Part shown: in pieces, positions 1-11,247 of the stretch | Layout of the letters: each line of letters opens with the position of its first letter | Numbering within the stretch: the first letter of the stretch is position 1 | Source: a candidate division FCPU426 bacterium | GTDB lineage: Bacteria > Oederibacteriota > Muellerivitia > Muellerivitales > Muellerivitaceae | DNA length: 64,000 bases | NCBI GenBank assembly: GCA_963796105.1 | Contig: CAWCKJ010000002.1 | Coordinates: 224,001 to 288,000, forward strand | Reading direction: 5' to 3' | The notes under the pieces: generated by a model | Seen by the model: only the letters and a program-made list of their open reading frames with translations | What the model was told of the DNA's origin: nothing | The model's database searches: none | Program-made: the position numbers and the translations under genes

Positions 1-183
1 AGATGCCCCATCTTTCCAGGTGTTTCACAACGATTCTATTGGCCTTTTAACGACCCTCCCCAAACCGAGGAGGAGTCGGAGGAAATCTTGAACGAGTTCC
101 GGAAAGTCCGGGACGAGATCCACGTCAAATTCAAGCAGGTTGCGGAAAAGGGGTTTGATGTCGTCCCGCTTCACAGAAACTAA
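1..183 (+). CDS. arsC: Arsenate reductase (LMW-PTP fold), 3' part only; 5' end outside window
   Basis: Frame 1 reads RCPIFPGVSQRFYWPFNDP...EFRKVRDEI*, the typical C-terminus of thioredoxin-type ArsC; lies directly upstream of acr3. Confidence 0.85.
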   Translation, partial: RCPIFPGVSQRFYWPFNDPPQTEEESEEILNEFRKVRDEIHVKFKQVAEKGFDVVPLHRN

Positions 184-195
184 GAAAGGCATAAA

Positions 196-1257
196 ATGAG
201 CGGGCTATCCCAGAAAATGAACGTTTTTGAGCGTTACCTGACCCTATGGGTGGCGCTCTGCATGGGACTGGGAATTTTGATCGGCAAAACCATGCCTCAA
301 ATCATCACGTCCCTCCAGGGCATGGAATTCGGGTCCGGTAGCCATATCAATATCCCCATCGCTATCCTTATCTGGCTCATGATCTATCCCATGATGCTCA
401 AGATTGATTTCGCGTCCCTCAAGGGCGTGGGGAAGAGGCCCAAGGGATTGCTGGTGACCTTGTTCGTCAACTGGCTGGTGAAGCCCTTTTCAATGGCTTT
501 TTTCGGGTGGGTTTTCCTCAAAGTGTTTTTTGCCCCCTTCATGGGACCTGAGATGGCAAACCAATATTTGGCGGGCCTCATCATCCTGGCCGCCGCGCCC
601 TGCACCGCCATGGTTTTCGTCTGGTCTTATTTGGCGGGAGGGGACGCCGCCTACACCTTGGTCCAGGTCTCCGTGAACGACCTCATCATGCTGGTGGCTT
701 TCGCGCCCATTGTGCGCTTCCTCGTCTCGGGGGCCTCGGGTTTAGAGGTGCCTTTCCAAGTCCTTTTGTATTCCGTGGCCATATTCGTGGTGATACCCCT
801 GGTCCTGGGAGCCTTGAGCCGCTGGGCACTCATCCGGAAGAATGGGGCGGAATGGTTCAACGGAAAATTCCTTCCGGTATTCCATCCCGTGACCATCCTG
901 GCGCTGTTGGCCACGCTGGTTTTGATTTTCGCCTTCCAGGCGGGGAACATCACCAACCGCTGGCTGGACGTATTCTTGATCGCTATCCCCATCCTGATAC
1001 AGGTCTATTTCAACGCGGGGCTGGCTTACGGGTTGATGAAATTCCTCAAGGTGTCCTATGCCGTGGCGGCGCCGGGGGCCTTGATCGGGGCCTCGAACTT
1101 CTTCGAACTGGCCGTGGCCACCGCCATCGCGCTTTACGGCCCGGGAAGCGGGGCCGCCCTGGCCACGGTCGTGGGGGTTCTCGTTGAAGTTCCTGTCATG
1201 CTGTCGGTCTGTTCCATATGCACAAGAACCACCGGATGGTTTGAGAAGGAGGGCTAG
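196..1257 (+). CDS. acr3: ACR3-family arsenite efflux permease
   Basis: FERYLTLWV, NWLVKPF, APCTAMV, GASNFFELAVA and VEVPVML motifs; multi-TM. Confidence 0.95.
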   Translation: MSGLSQKMNVFERYLTLWVALCMGLGILIGKTMPQIITSLQGMEFGSGSHINIPIAILIWLMIYPMMLKIDFASLKGVGKRPKGLLVTLFVNWLVKPFSMAFFGWVFLKVFFAPFMGPEMANQYLAGLIILAAAPCTAMVFVWSYLAGGDAAYTLVQVSVNDLIMLVAFAPIVRFLVSGASGLEVPFQVLLYSVAIFVVIPLVLGALSRWALIRKNGAEWFNGKFLPVFHPVTILALLATLVLIFAFQAGNITNRWLDVFLIAIPILIQVYFNAGLAYGLMKFLKVSYAVAAPGALIGASNFFELAVATAIALYGPGSGAALATVVGVLVEVPVMLSVCSICTRTTGWFEKEG

Positions 1258-1659
1258 GTGGAAAAAATTCTTTTTCTTTGTGTCGCCAATTCCGCGAGAA
1301 GCCAGATGGCAGAGGGCCTGGCCAGGCATCTTTTGGGGGACAAAGCCATGATCCAAAGCGCCGGCTCAAAACCTTCCAGCGTCAATCCCTTCGCCATCAA
1401 AGCCATGGCGGAAATAGGCATTGATATCTCCAAACAACGCTCCAAATCGGTGGAGGAAATCGACCCCAAGACCGTGGATACGGTGATTACCCTCTGCGCG
1501 GAGGAAGTCTGCCCGGTTTTCCTGGGGAAGGCCGAGCGGCTCCATTGGGGCCTGCCGGACCCGGGGGTCGGGAAAAACACTGACGGTGAAAAGCTTCAAA
1601 GTTTCCGGGAAGTTAGGGATGAGATCAAAAAAAGGATAAAGGCGCTTTATCACGTATAA
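1258..1659 (+). CDS. arsC: Thioredoxin-coupled arsenate reductase
   Basis: P-loop [16 protein letters not shown], resolving cysteines [19 protein letters not shown] start abuts the acr3 stop. Confidence 0.93.
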   Translation: MEKILFLCVANSARSQMAEGLARHLLGDKAMIQSAGSKPSSVNPFAIKAMAEIGIDISKQRSKSVEEIDPKTVDTVITLCAEEVCPVFLGKAERLHWGLPDPGVGKNTDGEKLQSFREVRDEIKKRIKALYHV

Positions 1660-1669
1660 GGAGATTAAT

Positions 1670-2117
1670 ATGACGCATAAAGCGGATGAGGCTGTAGCCC
1701 TGTTCCAGAAGGGCTTCAATTGCGCCCAAAGTGTCCTGGGTTCCTTCGGCCCGGATACTGGCCTGGATAGGGAATCGTGTTTACGGGTGGGGGGGAGTTT
1801 TGGCGCGGGAATGGCCCGTAAGGCGGAAACTTGCGGAGCGGTCACCGGGGGGGTTGATGGTGATAGGCCTCCACCATGCCATGGTGATGGAAGGGGACGC
1901 CCAAGCTAAGAAAACAAACTATGACGAGGCAGGAAAGTTCATGGATGAATTTAAAAAAACCAATGGGTCCCTTATTTGCAGGGAATTATTGGGTTGCGAC
2001 ATCTTCACGCCGGAGGGTTCGAAAATCGCCGCGGACAAGAAATTAACGGCCACTCTTTGCCCTAAACTGGTAAGAAGCGCGGCTGAAATATTGGAAAACC
2101 AATTTGGCAATCGGTAA
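1670..2117 (+). pseudogene. C_GCAxxG_C_C family redox protein, frameshifted in a G7 run
   Basis: GFNCAQSV...TCGAVTGG in one frame continues as LMVIG...ICRELLG...CPKLV in another; shift at G run 1847-1853. Confidence 0.8.
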
Positions 2118-2153
2118 TTCGCGATGAAACCTTTAATGGGATCACGGGAATAA

Positions 2154-2534
2154 ATGGATAAAGCGAAAGGTAGGAAGTTTAGGATCATTTTATTGTACGC
2201 GTTGATCGGCTGGGCGGTTTGCGCCATGACCATGGGGGTTGGAATGGCGTTTTTACCGGCTCATATTGTATTTGTGATCCATGCCTTGGTTGCCCCCCTG
2301 GCTTTTGCCTTCCTATCGTACCATTACCACAAAAACCATCATTTCACTGAACCTTTTCAAACAGCTTTGATCTTCGTGTCTGTTGTTGGGTTGGTTGATT
2401 TTTTCCTAGTGGCCTTGGTTATTCTTAAGAGTTTGGATATGTTTAAAAGCCTTCTGGGGACATGGATTCCCTTGGTATTGATCTTTAGTTCCACCCTTGT
2501 TGTGGGGTTATTTACCCGAAAAAATAACGTTTAA
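2154..2534 (+). CDS. Small 4-TM membrane protein, hypothetical
   Basis: 126-aa ORF with four hydrophobic segments, co-directional with the ars cluster. Confidence 0.7.
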   Translation: MDKAKGRKFRIILLYALIGWAVCAMTMGVGMAFLPAHIVFVIHALVAPLAFAFLSYHYHKNHHFTEPFQTALIFVSVVGLVDFFLVALVILKSLDMFKSLLGTWIPLVLIFSSTLVVGLFTRKNNV

Positions 2535-2624
2535 ACCACCCACCTAGGGAATAAATCAACTGAGTCCCGAAGTATAATCAATTCCAATTCTTGCCTTCGC
2601 CGGCAACACACCTGGGAATTTAAA

Positions 2625-3220
2625 ATGTTTAATCAGGGGATTTGGATAATCAGCGGTCTCGGACTGCTCATGGGATTGGTTTTGTTGACGCCTTTTTTCT
2701 ACAAAAAAGCGGAGGTGGAACTCGAGACATTTCTTTTTATTATGGGATTGGCGGCGGTCAGCATCTCCAACCTTTGGTCATGGCCATTGGTGGTGGAAGC
2801 CTTGAAGGAGCCCATCCCCATCACCCTGGCGGTTTTGGCGGCGTGATCTTCCGGGCCATAAAAATTTATTTGTTTGTGGCGGGACTTATCCTGCTGGGAA
2901 CGGGCATGACGCCCATGGTAGCCCGGTTCTTAACCGGCTTACCGCCCAGTGTCCTCTATTGGGTCAATATGACTTCGGCGGTCTTGGATAACGCTAGCAT
3001 GGCGGCCGCTGAAATAAACCCGATGATGTCCTTGGCGACTGTTCAATACGTGATGCTGGGGCTTTTGCTCTCGGGAATCATGCTCATTCCCGGAAACCTC
3101 CCGAACATCATTACGGCAAACAAACTCGGGATTAAAAGCTCCGAATGGGCCAAATGGGCTTTTCCATTGGGCCTGTTGTTGATGATGACTTATTTTTTAC
3201 TGCTCATTGGATTGCGCTAG
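2625..3220 (+). pseudogene. DUF1646-family membrane protein remnant (internal deletion plus frameshift)
   Basis: N-terminal piece (ELETFLFIMG...EPIPITLAVL) stops at 2846. The C-terminal piece (LYWVNMTSAVLDNA...IPGNLPNII...SSEWA) is in another frame; the middle of the family protein is missing. Confidence 0.65.
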
Positions 3221-3509
3221 GCCATTCGGCCAAGCAGAGTAAAGGCCCTTCTGAAATCCCCCCTGTACCACCCGGATTCTCACAGTCATTTCGCTTTCGT
3301 GGAAATAACCCCACTTTTAAAGTCCTGATGTGTTTTTGGATCAGCACTTTCCTTTGGTAACCTAGTTGAAAACAGCTATCAAAATCGTTTTCCTCTCCTG
3401 GAAAGCGGTTTCCTGCGTATCGAAATTATTCCGCAACTATTTCGCCGAGGGCCTATCAATCCGATCCAGAGGGGCGGTACTATTTTTTTGAAGATGCATC
3501 AGAATGTTC

Positions 3510-3534
3510 CCGGCTTAAAACGATTTTAAGCCGG
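3510..3534. promoter_or_regulatory. Perfect 11-3-11 inverted repeat upstream of the giant TP-repeat gene (operator or 5'UTR hairpin)
   Basis: CCGGCTTAAAA-CGA-TTTTAAGCCGG. Confidence 0.4.
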
Positions 3535-3593
3535 CACTTGGAGTGAAAAGAAAACCCGCGGAAAACTCCCGCCACGAATGGTTAGGGGAGAAA

Positions 3594-6500
3594 ATGGCCA
3601 AGCGAAGAAAAGAATTTTTAACCGCCCTGATCCTTTTCACCGTTGGAATGTCCTTCTTTACCCTCCCGAAAACCGCCTCGGCCCAGTGTACGCCCTCAAG
3701 CGCGAGAATCTGCGTGGCCAGCGACGACTGGTCCCAGATCTATGTCGGCGGGGTTTACCTGGGCCAGATCAATTATTGCAACTGGGACGGGACGGGGAGC
3801 TGTCCTCCCGGTTGTATCACCGTCCCCACCTCGCTCATCTCCGGCAGCCAGGTTTATATTTCCGTCTACACCCAAAACACCGCTTGCAACAACGTCTATT
3901 CCTCCTGGGACCTGGATATCACCTGCACCAACGGCCAGCATTCCGAAATTACCAGCGCCAGCGGCGGCGTATCGCTGGACTATATCAGCTCAGGAAATCC
4001 TACCACCCCTCCCGCCTCCAACTGGTACGCGACCAATTTCACCGGCGGTACTTGGCAGACCCCCGCGGTGGTCAACACCACCGCCGGTGATTGCTGTTGG
4101 GGCCAAAGCATCTATAACCCTGTGACGGGCCAGACGGTACCCTTCACGTCCACCGATACCTCGGGCGCCTACAGTACGAGCAATTGCGGCGGTGCGCTTT
4201 TCTACTCCCAGGCCACTACGATCCCGCCTCCCGCCGCGACCGTGGGGCCGGCCACCATGACCGTCACGAAATCCCTGGTCGCGGGCCAGCCCGTCACCAA
4301 TACCAACAATGACATGTTCGTGACCTTCCAAGTGGTGGTTTGTAATACCGGCGGACCCGTGACGAGCGGAGGCGTGACCCTGACCGACACGCAAGCCGGG
4401 GGAACTGCCTTTGCCTTCATCGGCTGGATCATTCCCGCGCAATCACCCATCTCCATCGATTACAACGCGAACGCGAGCTGGCCGGTTCCGGCGGCCAGCG
4501 GGGGAAGCCCCGCGACCTGGGGCAATTTTCCAGGGAACTCCTGCGTAACCCTTCTTGCCAGCATGGAGGATTATTACTGGGAAGGGAACGCCTGCCAAAC
4601 GATCACCAATACGGCCAGCATAGCTTATTCCGGGGGAACGAAAAATTCTGGGATCGTGACGGTGGGCCGGCCCTGTACTCAGGGCACCCCCACCTTCACC
4701 AACACTTACACCTTCACCTATACCCATACTTTCACCTTCACCAACACTTTCACGCCGACCAGGACTCCCACGCCGACCAACAGCCCCACGAGGACTCCGA
4801 CGCCCACTCTCACCAACACCCCCACCAACACGTCCACTCCCACGAATACCCCCACCCGGACGCCGACCCCGACACCCACTAACACCCCGACTCCCACCCC
4901 CACGAATACGCCCACCCCAACCCCCACACCGACACCCACGAGAACACCGACTCCCACGCTTACGAACACACCTACACCGACCCCAACGAACACCCCTACG
5001 CCGACACCATCACCCACACCTACTCCAACAAGGACGCCGACCCCGACACCCACTAACACTCCTACCCCAACACCCACTCCATCACCCACACCTACCCCGA
5101 CCCGGACGCCGACACCTACACCCACCAACACACCTACGCCAACCCCCACCCCTTCGCCCACTCCTACCCCGACTAGGACGCCAACGCCTACACCCACCAA
5201 TACTCCGACTCCTACTCCGACACCTTCACCTACGCCTACGCCCACGGTTTCACCAACCCCTACTCCAACCAGGACACCCACTCCAACTCCCACGAACACC
5301 CCAACCCTAACACCTACAAACACTCCCACTCCGACACCCACACACACCCCGACGCCTACTCCGACTAACACTCCTACCCCCACCCCGACCGTAACGCCTA
5401 CTCCCACGCCAACCAAGACACCAACACCCACTCCTACGCCTACACCTTCGCCGACCCCTACCAATACGCCTACTCCTACACCCACCACGACGCCAACACC
5501 AACCCCAACCAGGACTCCTACTCCCACACCCACCAACACTCCGACTCCTACCCCGACGACAACCCCTACCCCAACCCCCACGAATACTCCCACTTCGACC
5601 CCTACAAGGACACCTACACCGACGCCAACAACAACACCCACACCAACGCCTACCAATACCCCAACTCCGACACCCACCAACACGCCGACTCAAACCCCGA
5701 CCAGAACCCCGACGAACACCCCTACTCCGACTCCCACCAATACACCCACGAATACGCCCACACCCACACCCACGACTACTCCAACGCCTACCCCGACGAG
5801 GACTCCAACGCCAACCCCTACCAACACCCCGACCCCCACGCCTACAACGACGCCGACTCCGACACCCACCAATACACCAACTCCAACTCCCACACATACT
5901 CCGACTCCAACACCGACAACCACCCCTACCCCGACCCCGACGAACACACCGACCAGGACTCCCACGCCGACTCCGACTCCTACTCCGACAACGACGCCTA
6001 CCCCCACTCCAACTAATACACCAACCATTACTCCAACACCCACTAATAGCCCCACGGGAACCCAGTCGCCCACAAATACGCCCACTATTACCCCAACCAA
6101 GACTCCGACCCCGACTCCCACCAATACACCCACGATTACGCCTACACCAACACCTACCAATACCCCGACTCGGACACCAACCCCTACCCCGACACCCACC
6201 CCAACAACAACTCCCACGCCAACGCCGACGAATACCCCGACACCCACCCCAACCAATACGCCTACGCCTACTCCAACCACGACGCCGACACCTACCCCCA
6301 CGAGGACTCCGACACCAACTCCTACCAATACTCCGACTCCCACCCCGACAACGACGCCTACTCCAACACCCACTAATACGCCCACTCCAACCCCCACGAG
6401 GACGCCCACTCCCACATCCACCACCACCCCATCACCCACTCCAACCAATACTCCTACTCCTACCCCCACGAATACCCCGACACCCACTCCTACAACTACC

Positions 6501-9434
6501 CCGACCCCTACTCCAACGAGAACCCCGACGCCTACCCCTACAAATACGCCTACTCCAACGCCAACCACCACACCCACTCCCACACCCACCAATACCCCGA
6601 CTCCTACTCCCACGAATACTCCTACACCCACCCCCACGACCACCCCGACACCTACTCCGACTAGGACACCGACACCCACTCCTACCTCCACGAATACCCC
6701 TACACCCACCACAACCCCCACTCCGACCCCCACCAACACGCCAACCATCACCCCGACTCCGACCAATACGCCCACAGGGACCCAGTCTCCCACGAATACG
6801 CCCACCATCACCCCGACCAAGACCCCGACCCCGACACCTACCTCTACCCCGACTGTGACACCTACTCCCACTCCCACGAATACCCCGACTTCTACTCCTA
6901 CCAACACCCCTACGCCCACGCCCACTACGACGCCAACTCCAACACCGACTTCCACCCCAACTAGGACTCCAACATCCACACCAACTCCTACTCCTACGAC
7001 CACCTCCACCCCAACACCCACTAATACGGCTACCTCTACCCCAACTAATACCCCGACACCCACCCCAACCCTGACACCCTCGCCGACTCCCACTAAAACT
7101 CCGACGAATACACCTACTTCCACGCCAACCCCAACCCCCACCATTACGCCCACCCCGACGAACACCTCGACCGGTACGACTTCTCCCACGAACACCTTTA
7201 CGGTCACTCCGACCCTGACTCCTTCACCCACTCCCACGAATACCCCTACGAATACGCCGACACCCACCCCAACCCCCACACCTACTTCAACACCGTCCAA
7301 TACCCCGACTTCCACACCCACTTCCACCCCGACACCCACACCCAGCAATACCCCTACAACTACTCCCACCCCCACTTACACGCCTACTCCCACCCAGACT
7401 CCAACTCCCACATCAACCGACACTCCGACCGACACGCCTCCTTTCACCTATACAAACACCAATACCCCAACAAACACATCCTCCCCGACGGATACCTATA
7501 CATCCACTCCCACTCCGACTAACACCCCTACCCCGACTCCAACTAACACTTCCACAAACACCAACACTCCGACCGACACACCAACCAATACCCCGACCCC
7601 CACACCCACAAACACTCCCACCAATACCAATACCCCGACACCGACTTTCACGGACACACCAACATCCACGCCAACGCCTACTCCTACCGCCACCCCGACT
7701 GATACACCTCCATTCACCTATACAAACACCAATACCCCTACCGACACTTCCACCCCCACAAACACCAACACACCCACGAATACGCCGACTAATACCCCCA
7801 CTCCAACACCCACTAACACTCCCACCAACACCAATACCCCGACAGATACCGCCACACCGACCAATACCAATACCGCTACCAATACCTATACAGCGACCAA
7901 CACTCCGACCAACACCAATACGCCCACTAATACCCCCACCGCTACCAACACCTCTACTCCTACCAACACCTATACGGCCACCAATACCCCCACCAATACC
8001 AACACCCCGACTAACACCAATACTCCTACCAATACGCCTACTCCTACTCCCACCAGGACGCCTACTAACACTTCCACTCCCACGAATACGCTTACAGCCA
8101 CGAATACACCCACTAATACTAATACCCTGACACCTACCCCCACGGCGACCTTCACTCCCACCCCCACGCCTGCCGCGGTATTGGCCTTGCAAAAACAGGA
8201 GTCAGAATCAACAGGTTCCTCGGGGGATATGGTGACCTATACCTTGAATGTGAATGTCTCCAACGCCAACGCTCCCGGGGTAGTGGTGCAGGACCAACTG
8301 CCTCCCAACTGCACTTTCACGGCCTTCGGGGTCTCACCAGCAGGAACATCGGCCGTAACCACCGTTTCAGGCGGGGTGACCATGATGAACTGGACATTGC
8401 CCACCCTTATCCCTGGAAGCTACCAATTGACTTATACAGTCTCGATTAACAGCTTCACGCCCGCGGGACCCATTGTGAACTGCGCGGTCTTAAACTATCC
8501 GGGAATCTCACCATTGAGTTCCTGTGCCACATTAATGGTGACAGGGAGCTACACGGTGAAGATCGGGGTGTATAACGAGGCAGGAGAACTGGTAAAGACA
8601 CTGTTGGTAACCCAATATTCCCAGCCCTTGGTGGACCTGCAGTTGAAGAACGGGGATCTGATTAATGGGCTGAATGATCCCATCCTGATATATGACCAGA
8701 ATACCCAGATCACGGTGTGGAACGGGACAGACCAGAACGGGAACCCGGTGCCCAATGGTGATTATTACGTGAAAGTGGACAATGTCGATTCCTTCGGGGT
8801 GGATAAGAGCGTGGTATTGAACGTGGTGGTGAGCAGGTCGTTGGAGAAGGTGACGATCGACATATATAACGAGGCTGGAGAGATCGTGGACACGCTCTAC
8901 AGCGTGGTGGAGGACCCACAAGGGACGGTGATCACAGGGGTGAAGCTGTCAGGGACGGTTTTGGAGCCAGGGTCGCCGACGGATGGGAACCTGATCATTA
9001 CAACCAATAACGGCGTGACAGCCACATGGACAGGCTATTCCTCAAGCGGGGCGGTGGTACCCAACGGGAAATACTTCATCGAGGTGCACTCCACCGATGG
9101 AAAAGGCGGGGAGACGGTGATCGTGACATCGGTGATGGTGTTGAACAATCCGAAACAGACGGTGCCGAAAGTCTGGGCCTATCCGAACCCGTTAACCGGG
9201 GGATTCAGCCAAGTGGAGTTCCAGGCCTCAAATCTTGGGATTAACCTGACGGTGAGGATTTACGACCTGGCGGGAGAGCTGGTGACGGAACTCAAAGGCG
9301 CCGGGGGAACGAGCCGGGTGACCTGGAATGCCGCAGGAATCTCAAGCGGGCTCTACATCGCCAAGGTGGAACAGAAGGACCTGACCGGGAAGATCATCGC
9401 CAAGCAGACACTCAAGATCCTGGTACAAAAATAA
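3594..9434 (+). CDS. Giant secreted surface protein: Cys-rich N-domain, Thr/Pro stalk, DUF11-like and FlgD-Ig-like domains, T9SS-type C-terminal sorting-like domain
   Basis: GGGGAG RBS before ATG 3594; signal peptide ending ASA-Q; (TP)n region; [35 protein letters not shown]-terminus YPNP...IYDLAGELV...[11 protein letters not shown]. Confidence 0.85.
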   Translation: MAKRRKEFLTALILFTVGMSFFTLPKTASAQCTPSSARICVASDDWSQIYVGGVYLGQINYCNWDGTGSCPPGCITVPTSLISGSQVYISVYTQNTACNNVYSSWDLDITCTNGQHSEITSASGGVSLDYISSGNPTTPPASNWYATNFTGGTWQTPAVVNTTAGDCCWGQSIYNPVTGQTVPFTSTDTSGAYSTSNCGGALFYSQATTIPPPAATVGPATMTVTKSLVAGQPVTNTNNDMFVTFQVVVCNTGGPVTSGGVTLTDTQAGGTAFAFIGWIIPAQSPISIDYNANASWPVPAASGGSPATWGNFPGNSCVTLLASMEDYYWEGNACQTITNTASIAYSGGTKNSGIVTVGRPCTQGTPTFTNTYTFTYTHTFTFTNTFTPTRTPTPTNSPTRTPTPTLTNTPTNTSTPTNTPTRTPTPTPTNTPTPTPTNTPTPTPTPTPTRTPTPTLTNTPTPTPTNTPTPTPSPTPTPTRTPTPTPTNTPTPTPTPSPTPTPTRTPTPTPTNTPTPTPTPSPTPTPTRTPTPTPTNTPTPTPTPSPTPTPTVSPTPTPTRTPTPTPTNTPTLTPTNTPTPTPTHTPTPTPTNTPTPTPTVTPTPTPTKTPTPTPTPTPSPTPTNTPTPTPTTTPTPTPTRTPTPTPTNTPTPTPTTTPTPTPTNTPTSTPTRTPTPTPTTTPTPTPTNTPTPTPTNTPTQTPTRTPTNTPTPTPTNTPTNTPTPTPTTTPTPTPTRTPTPTPTNTPTPTPTTTPTPTPTNTPTPTPTHTPTPTPTTTPTPTPTNTPTRTPTPTPTPTPTTTPTPTPTNTPTITPTPTNSPTGTQSPTNTPTITPTKTPTPTPTNTPTITPTPTPTNTPTRTPTPTPTPTPTTTPTPTPTNTPTPTPTNTPTPTPTTTPTPTPTRTPTPTPTNTPTPTPTTTPTPTPTNTPTPTPTRTPTPTSTTTPSPTPTNTPTPTPTNTPTPTPTTTPTPTPTRTPTPTPTNTPTPTPTTTPTPTPTNTPTPTPTNTPTPTPTTTPTPTPTRTPTPTPTSTNTPTPTTTPTPTPTNTPTITPTPTNTPTGTQSPTNTPTITPTKTPTPTPTSTPTVTPTPTPTNTPTSTPTNTPTPTPTTTPTPTPTSTPTRTPTSTPTPTPTTTSTPTPTNTATSTPTNTPTPTPTLTPSPTPTKTPTNTPTSTPTPTPTITPTPTNTSTGTTSPTNTFTVTPTLTPSPTPTNTPTNTPTPTPTPTPTSTPSNTPTSTPTSTPTPTPSNTPTTTPTPTYTPTPTQTPTPTSTDTPTDTPPFTYTNTNTPTNTSSPTDTYTSTPTPTNTPTPTPTNTSTNTNTPTDTPTNTPTPTPTNTPTNTNTPTPTFTDTPTSTPTPTPTATPTDTPPFTYTNTNTPTDTSTPTNTNTPTNTPTNTPTPTPTNTPTNTNTPTDTATPTNTNTATNTYTATNTPTNTNTPTNTPTATNTSTPTNTYTATNTPTNTNTPTNTNTPTNTPTPTPTRTPTNTSTPTNTLTATNTPTNTNTLTPTPTATFTPTPTPAAVLALQKQESESTGSSGDMVTYTLNVNVSNANAPGVVVQDQLPPNCTFTAFGVSPAGTSAVTTVSGGVTMMNWTLPTLIPGSYQLTYTVSINSFTPAGPIVNCAVLNYPGISPLSSCATLMVTGSYTVKIGVYNEAGELVKTLLVTQYSQPLVDLQLKNGDLINGLNDPILIYDQNTQITVWNGTDQNGNPVPNGDYYVKVDNVDSFGVDKSVVLNVVVSRSLEKVTIDIYNEAGEIVDTLYSVVEDPQGTVITGVKLSGTVLEPGSPTDGNLIITTNNGVTATWTGYSSSGAVVPNGKYFIEVHSTDGKGGETVIVTSVMVLNNPKQTVPKVWAYPNPLTGGFSQVEFQASNLGINLTVRIYDLAGELVTELKGAGGTSRVTWNAAGISSGLYIAKVEQKDLTGKIIAKQTLKILVQK
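4680..8170 (+). repeat. Coding low-complexity Thr-Pro/Thr-Asn repeat tract (~3.5 kb)
   Basis: Alternating ACN-CCN codons with varied third positions; strongly C/A-rich plus strand. Confidence 0.95.
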
Positions 9435-10162
9435 GAAATAAGTGAAACTATTTTTGGGCACTTATTCTTTAGTTTTATTCATTACGTGTCAATACTACAA
9501 AATTGTCAGGTCAGTCGGACATTTCATGTATATCCCAGTTTGAATCTTTGAGGGGTTTTTAATGAAAAAGTATTTATTCAGAACTTTATATTGGTTTTAA
9601 TCTTTGGAAAACCCGCCTTAAAGTTTTATTCCTATTCCCTCGAGGTGTTTTTCTATTTTTAATTCCTTGTAAAAACTTGGCATGGGCCTTGCCTTATTTC
9701 CTTAAACGGGTAAATCATTGTCGTGGTTCGCGATGATGAGTTCCGGCATACGCCGGAGGGAGGCAAGCCATGCAAAAAAGGATAATTTCCAACGACCCCA
9801 GGGACTACCAAGCAGGGAACTTATCCCAAGCCTCTTTCCGGGAAACCCCCGGGATTTTTCTGGAGCCGGATGTTCATTCGAACCACAACAGGGCATCCGG
9901 TTTGGAGGCCCATGGCACAAAAAAAATTCAGGAAATTCAGGAAATTTAGGAAAGGGGGATTCCACCGGCTTGTTCAGCCGCTTGGATCATTGGGATGAGC
10001 GGGCCCAGGGAATCCTGGAGCGCTTTATCCTCAAATTTTGGCTGGAGGGTTTCCGGGCTTCCAGGGGCGGGAAATCCCCATCAGCGCTGGCGGATTTAAG
10101 GAGGCACCGGGGTTTTCCGGAGCGGATGCCCCGCAGGGATTAATTTTCAAGGAGGCAACGAT

Positions 10163-11203
10163 ATGGTGACTCCCCCCCTTCCGCCCGATGAGGAGGCCAG
10201 GATCAGGGAACTGGACCGTCTCCATCAAATGGATACCCCCGATGAGGAACGTTTCGACAAGCTTGTCCGGCTCGCCGCGGGTCTTTTCAACGTGCCGGTC
10301 GCCCTGATTACCCTGGTGGATGAAAACCGTGTTTGGTTCAAGGCCCGGCACGGCCTGGAAACCCAGGAAGTCCCCAGGGAACTTTCCTTTTGCGCCCACG
10401 CCATCCTTTCCCCGGAGCCTTTCCTGGTGCCGGACGCCAGGTCGGACGACCGTTTCAAGGACAACCCCTTCGTGAAAGGGGAACCCCATATCCAGTTCTA
10501 CGCCGGTTATCCCCTGAGCGGAGCCCAGGGACAAAGGGTGGGAAACCTCTGCCTGGTGGATTACAAGCCCAGGGAAATAGGCCAGGAACACCTGCAAGCC
10601 CTGAAAGACCTGGCGGACCTGGCAGTGATGGAATTGGAGATACAGCAAATCCACCAGGCCAACCAGGCCCTCCTCAAGGAAAGAAATTTTTTGCGCAACC
10701 AGGCCCTGGTGGATTCCCTGACCCGTCTCTGGAACCGGGGCGCCATCCTGGAAATATTGGAGTTGGAATGGAGGAAAGCGGCCCGGGAAGGCTCCTCGGT
10801 GGGGGTGATCATGGCCGATTTGGACCATTTCAAGAACATCAATGACACCTTCGGCCATCCGGTCGGCGACGTGGTCCTGCTTGAAACGGCCCATATGATC
10901 AGGTCTTGCCTGCGCTCCAGCGACTCGGCGGGGAGGTACGGCGGTGAGGAGTTCCTCATGGTTTTTCCCGGGGTGGGAGCCTCCCTGGTCCGGGAGATCG
11001 GCGAGAGGATCCGCTCCGCCATGGAATCCAAAGCCATCATCACCCCGAAAGGCATCCTGAAAACCACCATCAGCATGGGATGCGGGGTCACCCCCGTGGA
11101 CCGCAAGATTCCCTTGGACACTCTCATCGCCCAGGTTGACAAGTCCCTCTACCAGGCGAAGAGGGAAGGGAGGAACAGGGTCTGCCAAACCGCGCTGGAA
11201 TAA
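10163..11203 (+). CDS. GAF-domain diguanylate cyclase
   Basis: GAF (DTPDEERFD...SFCAHAIL...FYAGYPL) plus GGDEF domain with RSSD I-site and GGEEF; AAGGAGG RBS. Confidence 0.93.
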   Translation: MVTPPLPPDEEARIRELDRLHQMDTPDEERFDKLVRLAAGLFNVPVALITLVDENRVWFKARHGLETQEVPRELSFCAHAILSPEPFLVPDARSDDRFKDNPFVKGEPHIQFYAGYPLSGAQGQRVGNLCLVDYKPREIGQEHLQALKDLADLAVMELEIQQIHQANQALLKERNFLRNQALVDSLTRLWNRGAILEILELEWRKAAREGSSVGVIMADLDHFKNINDTFGHPVGDVVLLETAHMIRSCLRSSDSAGRYGGEEFLMVFPGVGASLVREIGERIRSAMESKAIITPKGILKTTISMGCGVTPVDRKIPLDTLIAQVDKSLYQAKREGRNRVCQTALE

Positions 11204-11247
11204 GCATTTCTTTAAAAAGTGTTTTCAAATTTGCCGGTCCCGGCCGG

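Noticed and set aside
4718..8192. Long minus-strand (GV)n and Arg/Gly-rich ORFs
   Set aside because: Antisense shadows of the TP-repeat codons; the plus-strand ORF has the signal peptide and folded domains.
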